Below, piece after piece: positions 21,200 to 31,089 of a stretch of 64,000 nucleotides of DNA. Position 1 is the stretch's first letter. Each line of letters opens with the position of its first letter. The translations under genes were made by a program, and so were the position numbers. Source of the DNA: Phycisphaerales bacterium (GTDB lineage: Bacteria > Planctomycetota > Phycisphaerae > Phycisphaerales > UBA1924); contig OZ245777.1 in the NCBI GenBank assembly GCA_965227775.1, positions 2,592,001-2,656,000 on the forward strand. The letters are read 5' to 3'. The notes below the pieces were generated by a model. It was given only the letters and a program-made list of their open reading frames with translations, was not told the DNA's origin and did not search any database.

Positions 21200-21943
21200 A
21201 TGACGACCGCCACCCTGCCACACGACAAGTCCGCCGGCCCGACGCTCGCCGTGCGATGCACGGGCATCGAGAAGTCGTTCCGCGCCGGCGAGACACGCAT
21301 CAAGGTGCTCCGTGGTACTGACTTCTCGGCCGAGGCAGGCAAGATGACATTCCTCGTCGGCCCATCAGGCTGTGGCAAGACCACCCTCATCTCTGTCATC
21401 GGCGCGATTCTCTCCTGCGAGGCGGGAGTGCTCGAGGTGCTCGGCAAGGACCTTCGCACGATGCGCGGCGGACGTCTGGCGGACTTCCGGCTCGCCAGCT
21501 TGGGCTTTATCTTCCAGCAGTTCAACTTGTTGCCCGCGCTCAACGCTGAAGAAAATGCCGCGCTCCCGCTCGTCGCTCAAGGCGAGTCGACCTCCAAGGC
21601 CGAGAAGAAGGCCCGTGAGCTACTCGAGCGGCTCGGTCTGAACGGCCAGACGCGGAAGATGCCCTCGCAGCTATCGGGCGGGCAGCAGCAGCGCGTCGCC
21701 ATCGCTCGGGCGCTCGTGCATGAGCCAAGCCTGCTCATATGCGACGAACCGACGGCGTCGCTCGATGCCGCATCGGGTCACACCGTGATGGAACTGCTCC
21801 GCGACGTCGCGCTCGCGGGCGACCGATCGGTCATCGTTGTCACGCACGATAGCCGCATCTTCGAGTTTGCCGACCACATCAACCACATGGCCGACGGTCG
21901 CATTACGCGGACCGAGACGCCGGAGAAGGAGTCGCGACCATGA
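21200..21943 (+). CDS. ABC transporter ATP-binding protein
   Basis: GPSGCGKT, LSGGQQQR, CDEPT, VTHD. Confidence 0.95.
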   Translation: MTTATLPHDKSAGPTLAVRCTGIEKSFRAGETRIKVLRGTDFSAEAGKMTFLVGPSGCGKTTLISVIGAILSCEAGVLEVLGKDLRTMRGGRLADFRLASLGFIFQQFNLLPALNAEENAALPLVAQGESTSKAEKKARELLERLGLNGQTRKMPSQLSGGQQQRVAIARALVHEPSLLICDEPTASLDAASGHTVMELLRDVALAGDRSVIVVTHDSRIFEFADHINHMADGRITRTETPEKESRP

Positions 21944-23118
21944 GTACTCGATCAAGGCTCCTGACGTGGGGGCTGCCGCTCGTTGGTCTCTCGGCCCTGG
22001 TGATGGGAACCGGGCTGGTGGTGAAGAACCGGCCGATCACGACGGACGAAACGCCGCCCCGCCAGCCAACGACCGCACCGACGGCAGCCGATACCAGTAT
22101 CGAAGTGGATGGGACGGCCTACATCGGCGCCATCGGTACCAGCGAGCCGCCGGGCGAGGCTCTGGCGATCGCGGCGCACACGGCGGGGGTCATCACAGAC
22201 GTGCACGTTGGCATTGGTGATCAGATCCGCAGGGGCGATCCGCTGTTCACGGTAGACACGAGCCGGGCGGAGGCCGACGTGGCGCTGCGCGAGGCGGAGA
22301 TCGAGATGGCGACCAGCGATCTCGCGTCGCTGCGCGCCGCCATCCCGCCGCTGCGTGCGTCGTTGCGGTCGGCCGAGGCTTCGGCACAATCGGCTTGGGC
22401 CGACCTGCGCGTGGCCGAGGCCGACCTGGCCGACAAGCAGAACCAGCTCGCCATCGCCCAGGCAGTCGACGACCCCCGTGCGATTTCACGCGAGGAGGTC
22501 GACCGCCGGAGATTCGCCGTCGCGCAGTCCGAGGCTCGCGTCGAGACGGCCCGCGCCGCTATCGAGCGCGCCGACGCGAGCGTCGCGGCGGCACGAGCCG
22601 AGCTGCAGCGGTTCGTCGACGCGGACGGGTTGGGAGACGGCCCGGAGATCCTCGCCGCTGAGTCGCGCGTCACCCAGGCTCGCCGGGCAGTCGCGCGGGC
22701 ACGGGCGGATCTGGAGTTGCTCACCGTCCGCAGCCCGGTCGATGGCCGCGTGCTGCAGGCCAATGCAAGGCAGGGCGAGTTCGCACCTGCGTCGGTTCCC
22801 AACGAGGGACTGTTCGTCTTGGGTCGCGAGGGCTCGATGCACTTGCGTGTCGAGATCGACGAGGTCGACATCCCTCGCTTCTCGCCGAGCGCTCGCGCAT
22901 GGGCGTCTCCGCGTGGCGATGCAGGGCAACGAGTCGCTCTCGAGTTCGTGGCCATCGAGCCCTTGGTGGTTCCGAAGCGAAACCTCTCCGGCCGCACAAG
23001 CGAGTTGATCGACACGCGCGTGCTCCAGGTCGTCTACGTGCTCGACGAGTCGTTCGAGTCGCCCGGCATCGGCCAGCAGTTCGACGTCTACGTCGAGATC
23101 GCGGGAGACGGATCATGA
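21940..23118 (+). CDS. HlyD-family membrane fusion protein
   Basis: N-terminal TM, long coiled coil, 'VRSPVDGRV', 'DTRVLQVVY'. Confidence 0.9.
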   Translation: MSTRSRLLTWGLPLVGLSALVMGTGLVVKNRPITTDETPPRQPTTAPTAADTSIEVDGTAYIGAIGTSEPPGEALAIAAHTAGVITDVHVGIGDQIRRGDPLFTVDTSRAEADVALREAEIEMATSDLASLRAAIPPLRASLRSAEASAQSAWADLRVAEADLADKQNQLAIAQAVDDPRAISREEVDRRRFAVAQSEARVETARAAIERADASVAAARAELQRFVDADGLGDGPEILAAESRVTQARRAVARARADLELLTVRSPVDGRVLQANARQGEFAPASVPNEGLFVLGREGSMHLRVEIDEVDIPRFSPSARAWASPRGDAGQRVALEFVAIEPLVVPKRNLSGRTSELIDTRVLQVVYVLDESFESPGIGQQFDVYVEIAGDGS

Positions 23119-24560
23119 GCCGGCACGCGTCGGTCGTGCTCGGGCTCTCGGCTGCGATCGTGATCTCCGGCTGCGCGGTCGGTCCGGACTACGAGCAACC
23201 CGAGCCCGCGGAGTTGCTTCCTGAGTCGTGGACGGACGCCGAAGCGAGCGAGCCCGAAGCTGCCTTGGGTGATTGGTGGTTGCGATTCGAGGACGAGGAG
23301 CTCACGGCCCTGATCGAGCAGGCGCTCGCCTCGAGCCTCACGCTCGCCGAGGCCCGAGAGCGCATCGTCACCGCTCGCGCCCGCCGCGGCATCGCCAATG
23401 CCGAGCGTCTCCCGACGCTCGATGCCCAGGGCTCGTACGCACGCACCGAGTCGGGCGATGAGGCCCCGCGCGCCGGCCAATCGTCCTTTGGCCCCGATGG
23501 GGACCTGTACTCGCTCGGCGCCGTCGCAGGCTGGGAGCTCGACCTGTGGGGCCGCGTGTCTCGATTGGTTGAGGCCGCCGACGCCGAGATCGAGTTCGCC
23601 ACCGAAGACCTGCGGGCCAGCCGCGTTGCGTTGGTGGCCGAGGTCGCGCGCGAGGTCATCGCCGTGCGCGCGATCGATCGTGATCTCGCGATCGTGCGGG
23701 CCACCATCGAGACCGATCGCGACGCGCTCGACATCGCCATCGCGCGATCGGCCGCCGGCTTTGCTGACGAACTGGACGTTGCGCGGGCTCGTCGGGATCT
23801 CGAATCGAACCAGGCGTTGATCCCGGGGCTCGAGTCCGACCGCCGCGCGGCCGAGTTCCGCGTGGCCGTGCTGCTGGGTGTGCCGGCGGGCTCGGTCACG
23901 ATCGCGGAGCGCGGCTTGCCCGAAGGCATCGCCGTACCGAGCCGCGGCGTGCCGGCCGACCTGCTCATGCGTCGCCCCGATCTGCGGCGTGCCGAGCGCG
24001 AGCTTGCCGCCGCCACCGCGCGCATCGGTGCCGCCGAGGCCGAACGCTTCCCACGCGTCACGCTGCTCGGCTCCATCACGCTCCAGGGACCGGACGCGAG
24101 CGACGCGGTCAACCCCGAGGCCTACGTGCTCCAGGCCGGGCCGACGATCTCGCTGCCGCTCTTCCAGGGGGGCCGCATCGATGCCCGCGTGCAGCAGGCC
24201 GAGAGCGAGCAGCGGCAGGCACTGATCCGTCTGCAGGCCGCTGCGCTCGATGCGCTGGCCGAGGTTGAGACCGCCGGCGTCCGCCGCGCCCAGGCCGAGG
24301 CGCGCGCCGAGCGATTCCGCAAGGCTGAGGCCGCCGCCCGCGACGCCGAGACGCTCTCGCAGGATCGCTTCTCCGCCGGCCGCGTCGACTTCCTGGATGT
24401 CACCGAGGCCCGCCGCGCGCGACTGGCCATCGAGCGGAGCGTGGTCCGCGCCCAGCGTGATGCGTTGCTCGGGCTGATCGATCTCTACGCCTCGCTTGGT
24501 GGGGGGTGGGAAGCCCCCGTGCTCGATGCGGACGCGTCGACATCGAATTCGGACGCGTAG
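23115..24560 (+). CDS. Outer membrane efflux lipoprotein (NodT/TolC family)
   Basis: GCAVGPDY lipobox, WELDLWG, RRPD, LYASLGGGW. Confidence 0.92.
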   Translation: MSRHASVVLGLSAAIVISGCAVGPDYEQPEPAELLPESWTDAEASEPEAALGDWWLRFEDEELTALIEQALASSLTLAEARERIVTARARRGIANAERLPTLDAQGSYARTESGDEAPRAGQSSFGPDGDLYSLGAVAGWELDLWGRVSRLVEAADAEIEFATEDLRASRVALVAEVAREVIAVRAIDRDLAIVRATIETDRDALDIAIARSAAGFADELDVARARRDLESNQALIPGLESDRRAAEFRVAVLLGVPAGSVTIAERGLPEGIAVPSRGVPADLLMRRPDLRRAERELAAATARIGAAEAERFPRVTLLGSITLQGPDASDAVNPEAYVLQAGPTISLPLFQGGRIDARVQQAESEQRQALIRLQAAALDALAEVETAGVRRAQAEARAERFRKAEAAARDAETLSQDRFSAGRVDFLDVTEARRARLAIERSVVRAQRDALLGLIDLYASLGGGWEAPVLDADASTSNSDA

Positions 24561-24622
24561 GCGTGCGACGGCACAGCTGAAACGTCCATCTATGGTTGAG
24601 CGTGCTCGCGATACCATCGAGC

Positions 24623-25975
24623 ATGCCGATCCGGACCTTGCCAAGCCGCTCGATCGCCACGCTCGCATTGCTCTCGCTCGCCCTGGGCCTGCTACCCGCA
24701 TGCGCAGCCAGGCTCGAGCCGCTCATGCCCACGCCCGCCCTCTTCACCGAGACCGGCGTCGACCCGATGGCCCACATCCCCGAGGACGAGCGATGGGTGC
24801 CTCGCCGTGTCTTCTACGCGACGACGCGCGAGCGAACGAGTACGAGACGCGATATCGCCTATGACAACCGCGAGGCCGACCACCTCTCGATGGGTGTTGC
24901 GCTCATCGGCTTCGGGTCCGAGGACATGACCTGGGCCGACCTCCAGGCCGCATCGGTCGCCCCCGGAACGGACGGCCGCCCGCCGCTCACGATCAACGGC
25001 GTCTTCGAGGCTGGGCACTTCCCGATCGACGCATCGGCCGAGGAGGCCGCCGAGCCCAACCGTGCCGGCTGGCTGCTGGACAACATCGACCAGGCCGTGA
25101 CCAAGGCCCGCGACCCGGACATCCTGGTGTACGTGCACGGGGCGAAGGTCGACTTTTACAACGCGTGCGCCTTCGCGGCCCAGCTCGACCACTTCATGGG
25201 CCGCGACCTGACCTCCCTGGCCTTCGCCTGGCCGACGCATCAGAGCATCCTGTCGTACAGCGTGGGTGACGACGTCGGCCGGGCCTACCACGCCGCGTCG
25301 GCGCTGGCGACGCTGCTCGAAGTCCTGGCCGCGGACACGAGCGCCCGGCGCATCCACGTCTTATGCTGGAGCGCGGGCGGCCGCGTGACCTCGCGCGCCA
25401 TGGCGCTCCTCCGCGATCGTCACGCAGACCTCGACCACGCGGGGCTGCAGGAAAAGCTCCGCCTGGGCACGGTCTACTTCGCCGCGGCCGATGTGCCGGC
25501 AGACCAGTTCCTCGAGGAGCTCCCGGCGATCCACAACCTGGCGAGGGAAGTCGCCGTGACGCAGAGCGATGCCGACGGCGCGCTCGCCTCTGCCGAGCGA
25601 TTCATGGGTGGCCAGCCGCGCATCGGCCTGCTGCACGCGGCGACGGTGGCCGAAGAGCACGCCGCGTGGCTGCTGGACCTCGAACGACTCCACGTGATCG
25701 ATGTGTCGCGCGGCGCGAGCGAGCGCGGCTTCGATATCACGGGCCACCGCTACTGGTATAACCATCCTTGGGCCAGTTCGGACGTCGTGCTGTCGATCCG
25801 GACCGACCTGGGCCCCGCCGAGCGCGGCCTCATTGGTGTGCCGCGAGAGGATCGGCCCGACCGGGAACCCATCGTGTGGTCAATCCCAGCCGACTACCCC
25901 GATCGCCTGCGCGACCTAGGCGGGCTCCGCGGCACGGCGCCCCTTCGAGAGTGGACGTCCGAGGCGGGCGACTAG
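24623..25975 (+). CDS. Alpha/beta hydrolase lipoprotein (DUF900-like)
   Basis: Lipobox LPAC; 'FYATTR', 'VYVHG', nucleophile elbow WSAGG, AAAD, 'GHRYW'. Confidence 0.8.
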   Translation: MPIRTLPSRSIATLALLSLALGLLPACAARLEPLMPTPALFTETGVDPMAHIPEDERWVPRRVFYATTRERTSTRRDIAYDNREADHLSMGVALIGFGSEDMTWADLQAASVAPGTDGRPPLTINGVFEAGHFPIDASAEEAAEPNRAGWLLDNIDQAVTKARDPDILVYVHGAKVDFYNACAFAAQLDHFMGRDLTSLAFAWPTHQSILSYSVGDDVGRAYHAASALATLLEVLAADTSARRIHVLCWSAGGRVTSRAMALLRDRHADLDHAGLQEKLRLGTVYFAAADVPADQFLEELPAIHNLAREVAVTQSDADGALASAERFMGGQPRIGLLHAATVAEEHAAWLLDLERLHVIDVSRGASERGFDITGHRYWYNHPWASSDVVLSIRTDLGPAERGLIGVPREDRPDREPIVWSIPADYPDRLRDLGGLRGTAPLREWTSEAGD

Positions 25976-26077
25976 GGCCTTCGCCGTTTCCGACAAAGGT
26001 CGAGGCCAGTCGGAGCCGCAGAGGGGACGCAGCCGCCCTTGCCACGCGAACGCGGCATTTGACTCACTCTTGGTGCT

Positions 26078-26731
26078 CTAAGCCTGTTCCCTCGGACCCC
26101 GCCACAAGAACACGACCAGCACACCCACCCCGATGATGAGCCACAGGTCGGCCAGGTTGCTCACGTAGGGCCATACCTCGCGGCCGCTCCACGGTGTCTC
26201 GACTCCAAAGGGGTAGTTCACTCCGGGCAGCGGGTGCAAAAAATCACGCACGCACGCAAAGCGAACCCGGTCGTACAGGTTGCCCAGTCCACCCGAGATG
26301 ACCAGCCCGATTGCGACGTGGGCCCATCGGTCGCGCGGGCCGGTCCACCTGGCGAACATCCAAAGCGCGAAGGCGATCGCCAGAGTCGTCGCGATGATGA
26401 AGAACACGCGCTTGCCGGCGCCGATGCCGAAGACGGCACCGGGGTTCAGGACGAGCTTGAATTCGAGCACGTGCGGCACGAGCACGGTCGGCTCATGGCG
26501 GGGAATGAGGGTCTGCAGCTCGGTCGCCTCGATCACGTCGCGGCGGTCGATGGCGACTGGCGACGACGCGAGCGTGTTGAAAGCGATCGTCTTGCTAGCG
26601 AGATCGATGACCGTGCCGAGCACGACCACGATGAGCAGCAAGATCCACGCCTTGCGTCCGGGGCGAACCGGCTTGGCAACGGGAGCCTCTGTGTCTTTGG
26701 AATCGGCCTTCGATGTCGCGGGCTTTGCCAC
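26078..26731 (-). CDS. lspA: Lipoprotein signal peptidase II
   Basis: DLASK, NPGAVFG, GNLYDR, VRDF, NLAD. Confidence 0.92.
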   Translation of the reverse strand: MAKPATSKADSKDTEAPVAKPVRPGRKAWILLLIVVVLGTVIDLASKTIAFNTLASSPVAIDRRDVIEATELQTLIPRHEPTVLVPHVLEFKLVLNPGAVFGIGAGKRVFFIIATTLAIAFALWMFARWTGPRDRWAHVAIGLVISGGLGNLYDRVRFACVRDFLHPLPGVNYPFGVETPWSGREVWPYVSNLADLWLIIGVGVLVVFLWRGPREQA

Positions 26732-26734
26732 GGC

Positions 26735-27721
26735 CTACCGCTTGCCCTCGAGTTGGCGGGCGGCGTCGATCGAGTACTGGGCCCAAGGCAACTCCTGCAG
26801 CCGCTCTTTGCGGATGGGCTTGCCGGTTGCGACGCACAAACCGAAGACGCCGTCCTCGATGCGCTTGAGCGCGGCATCGATTTCCTTGATCAGGTTGCGC
26901 TCGGCGGCCGCCAGGTCAAGCGACAGCGTCTGGTCTGCGGCGTCGCTGCCCGCGTCGGCCATGTGCTGGGGTGTCTTGCTCAGGTTGCCCGAGCCCCCTC
27001 CCGTAAGCGCGCCGCCCTCGAGACCGGTGACCTCGCTCAGAACCTCGTTGCGCTTGCGCAGGAGCACGTCGCGGAACTTCTGAAGCTCTCGCTTGTTAAA
27101 CGGGCTCTTCGTCGGGTACTTCTCAGCCTTGACGTTCGCATCGGGTTCGACACGCTGGCTCGAAGCGATGAGCGGCTTGCGTGCGGGACCGCCGGGGCTG
27201 AGCAGGCCGCCGATGCCCTCGGGCATAACCGCCGCCGGTGGCTTGGGCCGCTTGGGCCGGCTGGGGCGCGCGGGCTTCTGATTGGCGCTGTTCTGGCTGC
27301 CCTCGCTGGCGGGCGGAGGCGGAGGCGCGGCGGACGCCTGGGCCTTTGCAGACTCCACCTTGGCCGGTTCGGCGGCCTTCTTGGAGGTCTTCCTGCTCGT
27401 TTGCTTCGACGGGGCCTTCTTGGTCGAAGGCTGCTTCGTGGTCGCGGCCTTGGCTGGAGCCTTCTTTGTGGTCTTCTTCGAAGTTTTCTTCGCGACGGCC
27501 TTCTTCTTGGGGGCCGGCTTCTTTGCTGGGGCCTTCTTGGTCGTCTTCTTCGTCGTGGTCTTGGCGACCTTCTTCGTGGTCTTCTTGCTCGTCTTCTTCG
27601 ACGAGCCGCCAGCCGCCTTCTTCGTGGTCTTCTTGCTCGTCTTCTTCGATCCAGCCGCAGCGCCACCCTTGGCCTTGCCGGCCGCAGAGGACTTCGCGGA
27701 ACTGGTCTTCTTCTTGGCCAC
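26735..27721 (-). CDS. TraR/DksA-family protein with long histone H1-like Lys/Ala/Thr-rich N-terminus
   Basis: KKTSKKTTKK repeats; C-terminal 'HMADAGSD...EIDAALKRIEDGVFGLCVATGKPIRKERLQELPWA'. Confidence 0.88.
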   Translation of the reverse strand: MAKKKTSSAKSSAAGKAKGGAAAGSKKTSKKTTKKAAGGSSKKTSKKTTKKVAKTTTKKTTKKAPAKKPAPKKKAVAKKTSKKTTKKAPAKAATTKQPSTKKAPSKQTSRKTSKKAAEPAKVESAKAQASAAPPPPPASEGSQNSANQKPARPSRPKRPKPPAAVMPEGIGGLLSPGGPARKPLIASSQRVEPDANVKAEKYPTKSPFNKRELQKFRDVLLRKRNEVLSEVTGLEGGALTGGGSGNLSKTPQHMADAGSDAADQTLSLDLAAAERNLIKEIDAALKRIEDGVFGLCVATGKPIRKERLQELPWAQYSIDAARQLEGKR

Positions 27722-27867
27722 AGCGGCTCCGAGGGCGCGAAAACACGGCCGAAGACGAAGGCACGCGGCTACCCCGGCCGGAGGACGCCAAGAGTAGGGG
27801 GCGTCTTACCGGTCGTCAAAATACGCAAGCAAGGGAGTGCCCGGCTTCTTCGACCGGGGAACAGCCC

Positions 27868-28953
27868 TCAGGACGCGGCTTCGCCGTTTTTGCTGCGATC
27901 CTGGGCGTTTTCGGCAACCTCAGCGGCCGGTTCGAGCTCGGGCTCGATCACGTCAAAGCTCCCCAGCCGGCGGTATCGCTGGTAGCGGGCCTCAAGAAGC
28001 TCCTCCGAACCCAATTCGGTGAGCTCCTCGAGTTGGGCGATGATCCAGCGTTCGAGCCTCTGGGCCGCTTCGGCCTTGTCGCGGTGGGCCCCGCCGGCGG
28101 GCTCATCGATGACGGCATCGACCACCCCGAGCTCGAGATTGTCCCGGGCCGTGAGCTTGAGGGCCTGGGCGGCCTGGCTGTTGGTCCGTTCGTTGGCCTG
28201 CTTCCAGAGGATGGCAGCGCAGCCCTCGGGGCTTATCACCGAGTACCACGCGTGCTGGAGCATCGCAACCCGATCGCCGACGGCGATGCCCAGCGCCCCT
28301 CCCGAGCCGCCCTCCCCGATGACGACGCTCACGATGGGCACGGGCAACGCGCTCATCTCCTTGAGATTCACAGCGATAGCTTCGGCCTGGCCGCGCTGCT
28401 CTGCTTCCAATCCCGGGAACGCGCCGGGCGTGTCGACGAGTGTGACGATTGGCACGCCGAACTTAGCGGCCATCTGCATCTTCATGAGCGCCTTGCGGTA
28501 GCCTTCGGGGTGGGGGCAGCCGAAATGGCAGCGCAGCTTCTCCTGCGTGTCGCGGCCCTTGTGATGGGCGACAATCAGGCACTTGAAGTCACCGATGCGG
28601 CCGAAGCCGGTGACGATGGCTGGATCCTCGCCGCTGCGCCTGTCTCCGTGCAGCTCGGTAAAGTCGCGGCACATGGCCTCGATGTAGTCACGCCCCTGGG
28701 GCCTGTTGGGATGCCGCGCCACACGAACCGTGTTCCAGGGACTGAGCTGCTTATATAGCTCATCCATGGTCTGGCTGTGGCGGGCCAATCGATCAGCCAG
28801 CGCATGCTCTGCCTCGGCCAGTTCCGCGGGGTGGGCGCCCGGAGCGGCGTCACCCTCGCTCGTCAGCGTGTCGACACGCCGCTTGAGTTGGGCGATCTCG
28901 TCGTCCAGGGCCCGCAGGGGCTGCTCGAAGTCCAGGGTGTAATACGTCGCCAT
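27868..28953 (-). CDS. accA: Acetyl-CoA carboxylase carboxyltransferase alpha subunit
   Basis: LDFEQP, ARHPNRP, PEGYRKA, GEGGSGGALG, YSVISPEGCAAILWK; ATG 28953 with GGAGG RBS. Confidence 0.96.
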   Translation of the reverse strand: MATYYTLDFEQPLRALDDEIAQLKRRVDTLTSEGDAAPGAHPAELAEAEHALADRLARHSQTMDELYKQLSPWNTVRVARHPNRPQGRDYIEAMCRDFTELHGDRRSGEDPAIVTGFGRIGDFKCLIVAHHKGRDTQEKLRCHFGCPHPEGYRKALMKMQMAAKFGVPIVTLVDTPGAFPGLEAEQRGQAEAIAVNLKEMSALPVPIVSVVIGEGGSGGALGIAVGDRVAMLQHAWYSVISPEGCAAILWKQANERTNSQAAQALKLTARDNLELGVVDAVIDEPAGGAHRDKAEAAQRLERWIIAQLEELTELGSEELLEARYQRYRRLGSFDVIEPELEPAAEVAENAQDRSKNGEAAS

Positions 28954-29006
28954 GAATCCTCCAACATCCGCCGGGCTGATTCTAGTTGCCGGCCGTACCG
29001 TGTGCC

Positions 29007-29882
29007 ATGCCACCCACGTCCAGCCACGTCGACGTCTGTCCACTCTTGGTCATCGGCGGAGGAGCCATGGCGAATGCCATCCTGTCGGGCGCGGCCGAGG
29101 CCGACCTGCTCGACGGGCCTTGCGTCGTCGCCGAGCCAGACGCCGACAAGCGTGCGGCGATGAGTGCGCTCGCGCCGTCGATCGATGCGGTCGAGTCGAT
29201 TGCCGATGCCTTCGATGCCCTTCCCTACGACGATGCTGCCGTGTTGCTGGCGGTCAAGCCGCAGATGCTTGGCAAGGTCGCCGAAGAGATCGACGCGTGC
29301 ATAGGTGACGAGATGCTCGACGGCCGCTGCGTCATCAGCATCCTCGCCGGCGTGACGATCGAGAAGCTGCACGAGACGCTGAAGGCCCGGGTCGTCCGCG
29401 TCATGCCCAACCTGCCGATCTCCGTCGGCCTGGGCGCAACGGCCATGAGCGGCGGCCCGAACGCAACGGGCGAAGACCTCGATCGCGCACACCGCCTGTT
29501 CGGCGCGGCGAGTGTTGTCTACGACCTGCCTGAGTCGGCTATCGACGCCTTCACCGCCGCGGCCGGCAGCGGGCCGGCGTACGCGTTCCTGCTTGCCGAG
29601 GCGATGGCGGCGGGGGCTCTCGAAGCCGGAACTGATGTCGGACTGAATGAAGCCACCACACGCGCCATCGTTGCCCAAACCCTAAGGGGCGCTGCCGAGA
29701 TGCTCGCCCGCCCGTGCAACGGTGAACTCGCCGACCCCGCGAAGCTGCGAGCCGCCGTGACGAGCAAGGGCGGAACAACCGCGGCAGCGCTCGACGTGCT
29801 CGAGGCGCGGGGCGTGCGGCACGCAGTGAGCGAGGCCGTGCTCGCGGCCGCGAGGCGGGCGGCAGAGTTGGCGGACGGTTGA
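29007..29882 (+). CDS. proC: Pyrroline-5-carboxylate reductase
   Basis: LAVKPQ, ISILAG, RVMPN, GSGPAY, VTSKGGTT. Confidence 0.93.
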   Translation: MPPTSSHVDVCPLLVIGGGAMANAILSGAAEADLLDGPCVVAEPDADKRAAMSALAPSIDAVESIADAFDALPYDDAAVLLAVKPQMLGKVAEEIDACIGDEMLDGRCVISILAGVTIEKLHETLKARVVRVMPNLPISVGLGATAMSGGPNATGEDLDRAHRLFGAASVVYDLPESAIDAFTAAAGSGPAYAFLLAEAMAAGALEAGTDVGLNEATTRAIVAQTLRGAAEMLARPCNGELADPAKLRAAVTSKGGTTAAALDVLEARGVRHAVSEAVLAAARRAAELADG

Positions 29883-30024
29883 TCGACTTGGACTGGATGA
29901 CAGATCCGCACGTAGCAACTGTCAGCTGACTAGTCGCAAGAATTGCGTGCAGATTGATCAGCCGCTGACAATGGCCGTTGATGGGTTAAGCGTGGACGTG
30001 AACGTGGACGACGGAGGATGGGCA

Positions 30025-30402
30025 ATGACCCGACGCCGAAAGCTCCTGGTCGCCCTTGGCCTCTTGCAACTTAGCCTTTGGTTCGGCAGCTGGACTCCCT
30101 ACTTCGCGCACTATATCAAGGCCGGCGAGCAGCGAATCTGGGGCACCGTCGAAGAAGCAGTCGCCGGCCTGGAGCGCGAGCATTGGCTCGTCGAACGCGA
30201 GACAAGCGAATTTACCACGTCAGTCGATGGCCTGATCTATGTGCCGGTGCGTCAAGAGGTCCATCGCAAGCGCGAGATTGCGTGGCTGCCGATCGTGAGT
30301 CTCGGCGGACTGGGTCTTGTCTTCATCGCCCTCGGTCTGCTGCCCGACCGCTGGCTTGAACGCCCCGCCATGCACATTGAAGACGCGCCAGCCGAACATT
30401 GA
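30025..30402 (+). CDS. Hypothetical two-TM membrane protein
   Basis: GGAGG RBS; N- and C-terminal hydrophobic helices. Confidence 0.55.
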   Translation: MTRRRKLLVALGLLQLSLWFGSWTPYFAHYIKAGEQRIWGTVEEAVAGLEREHWLVERETSEFTTSVDGLIYVPVRQEVHRKREIAWLPIVSLGGLGLVFIALGLLPDRWLERPAMHIEDAPAEH

Positions 30403-30554
30403 GCAGTACATGGCGACCGTCCTCAACGATGTAGACACGGTCACCGCGAGCGTCCGGCCGAGTTCCCTACGTGCGGGAATAACTGGTTCGACATGTCGTG
30501 CCAACGATGAATGGTGTTATTGGTGAAGCGTCGGGCCGATCAGGCGAGGTCACG

Positions 30555-30995
30555 ATGATGCGATCGCGACTGCCGTGCATAGATGACCGGGGTGTGCTTG
30601 CACCCTCGGGGTGGCTGACATCTAAGAGGGACATGCGGCGGGCGGGCATCGATGCTTCCACAAGACGGATCGCATTGCGAGGTGCGGCCCGCGAGTCGGG
30701 CCGATATGGCGGACGCATGGGTCTCATCATGTGCATTCCGATCATTGCCACCATCGCCATCTTAGAACCAGCGCCCTACATCCTGAAGATCGCGGCGGTC
30801 GCCCTCTTGGCCGAGTTGGCACGCTCCATCGCATGGCCCAAGTGGCGGCTCCGTTTCGCCGAGCTTCTGCGCACGGGTTGGTTGGTGCAAGGCCGCTGCC
30901 CCGCGTGTGGCACGGTGATCGCCGAGCTGGACCCCGAAGCCGACGGCTGCCGGGTCTGCCCCGAGTGCGGCGCAGCGTGGAGGATCGAAGCGTGA
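30555..30995 (+). CDS. Membrane protein with C-terminal CxxC..CPECG zinc ribbon
   Basis: TM pair, then RCPACG..LDPEADGCRVCPECGAAWR. Confidence 0.7.
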   Translation: MMRSRLPCIDDRGVLAPSGWLTSKRDMRRAGIDASTRRIALRGAARESGRYGGRMGLIMCIPIIATIAILEPAPYILKIAAVALLAELARSIAWPKWRLRFAELLRTGWLVQGRCPACGTVIAELDPEADGCRVCPECGAAWRIEA

Positions 30996-31089
30996 CTCAG
31001 CTCCACGCCATCGAGGTCCACCAGTTGCCATTCGCGCCTCCCTTCCCAGAGTGCGGAACCACCAATCCAATGCTCGCGAAGCGCACTGC

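Noticed and set aside
23088..28758. Long antisense/alternate-frame ORFs (e.g. 23088-24701 -, 26234-27985 +, 27238-28758 +)
   Set aside because: Shadow ORFs typical of high-GC DNA, overlapping well-supported genes.
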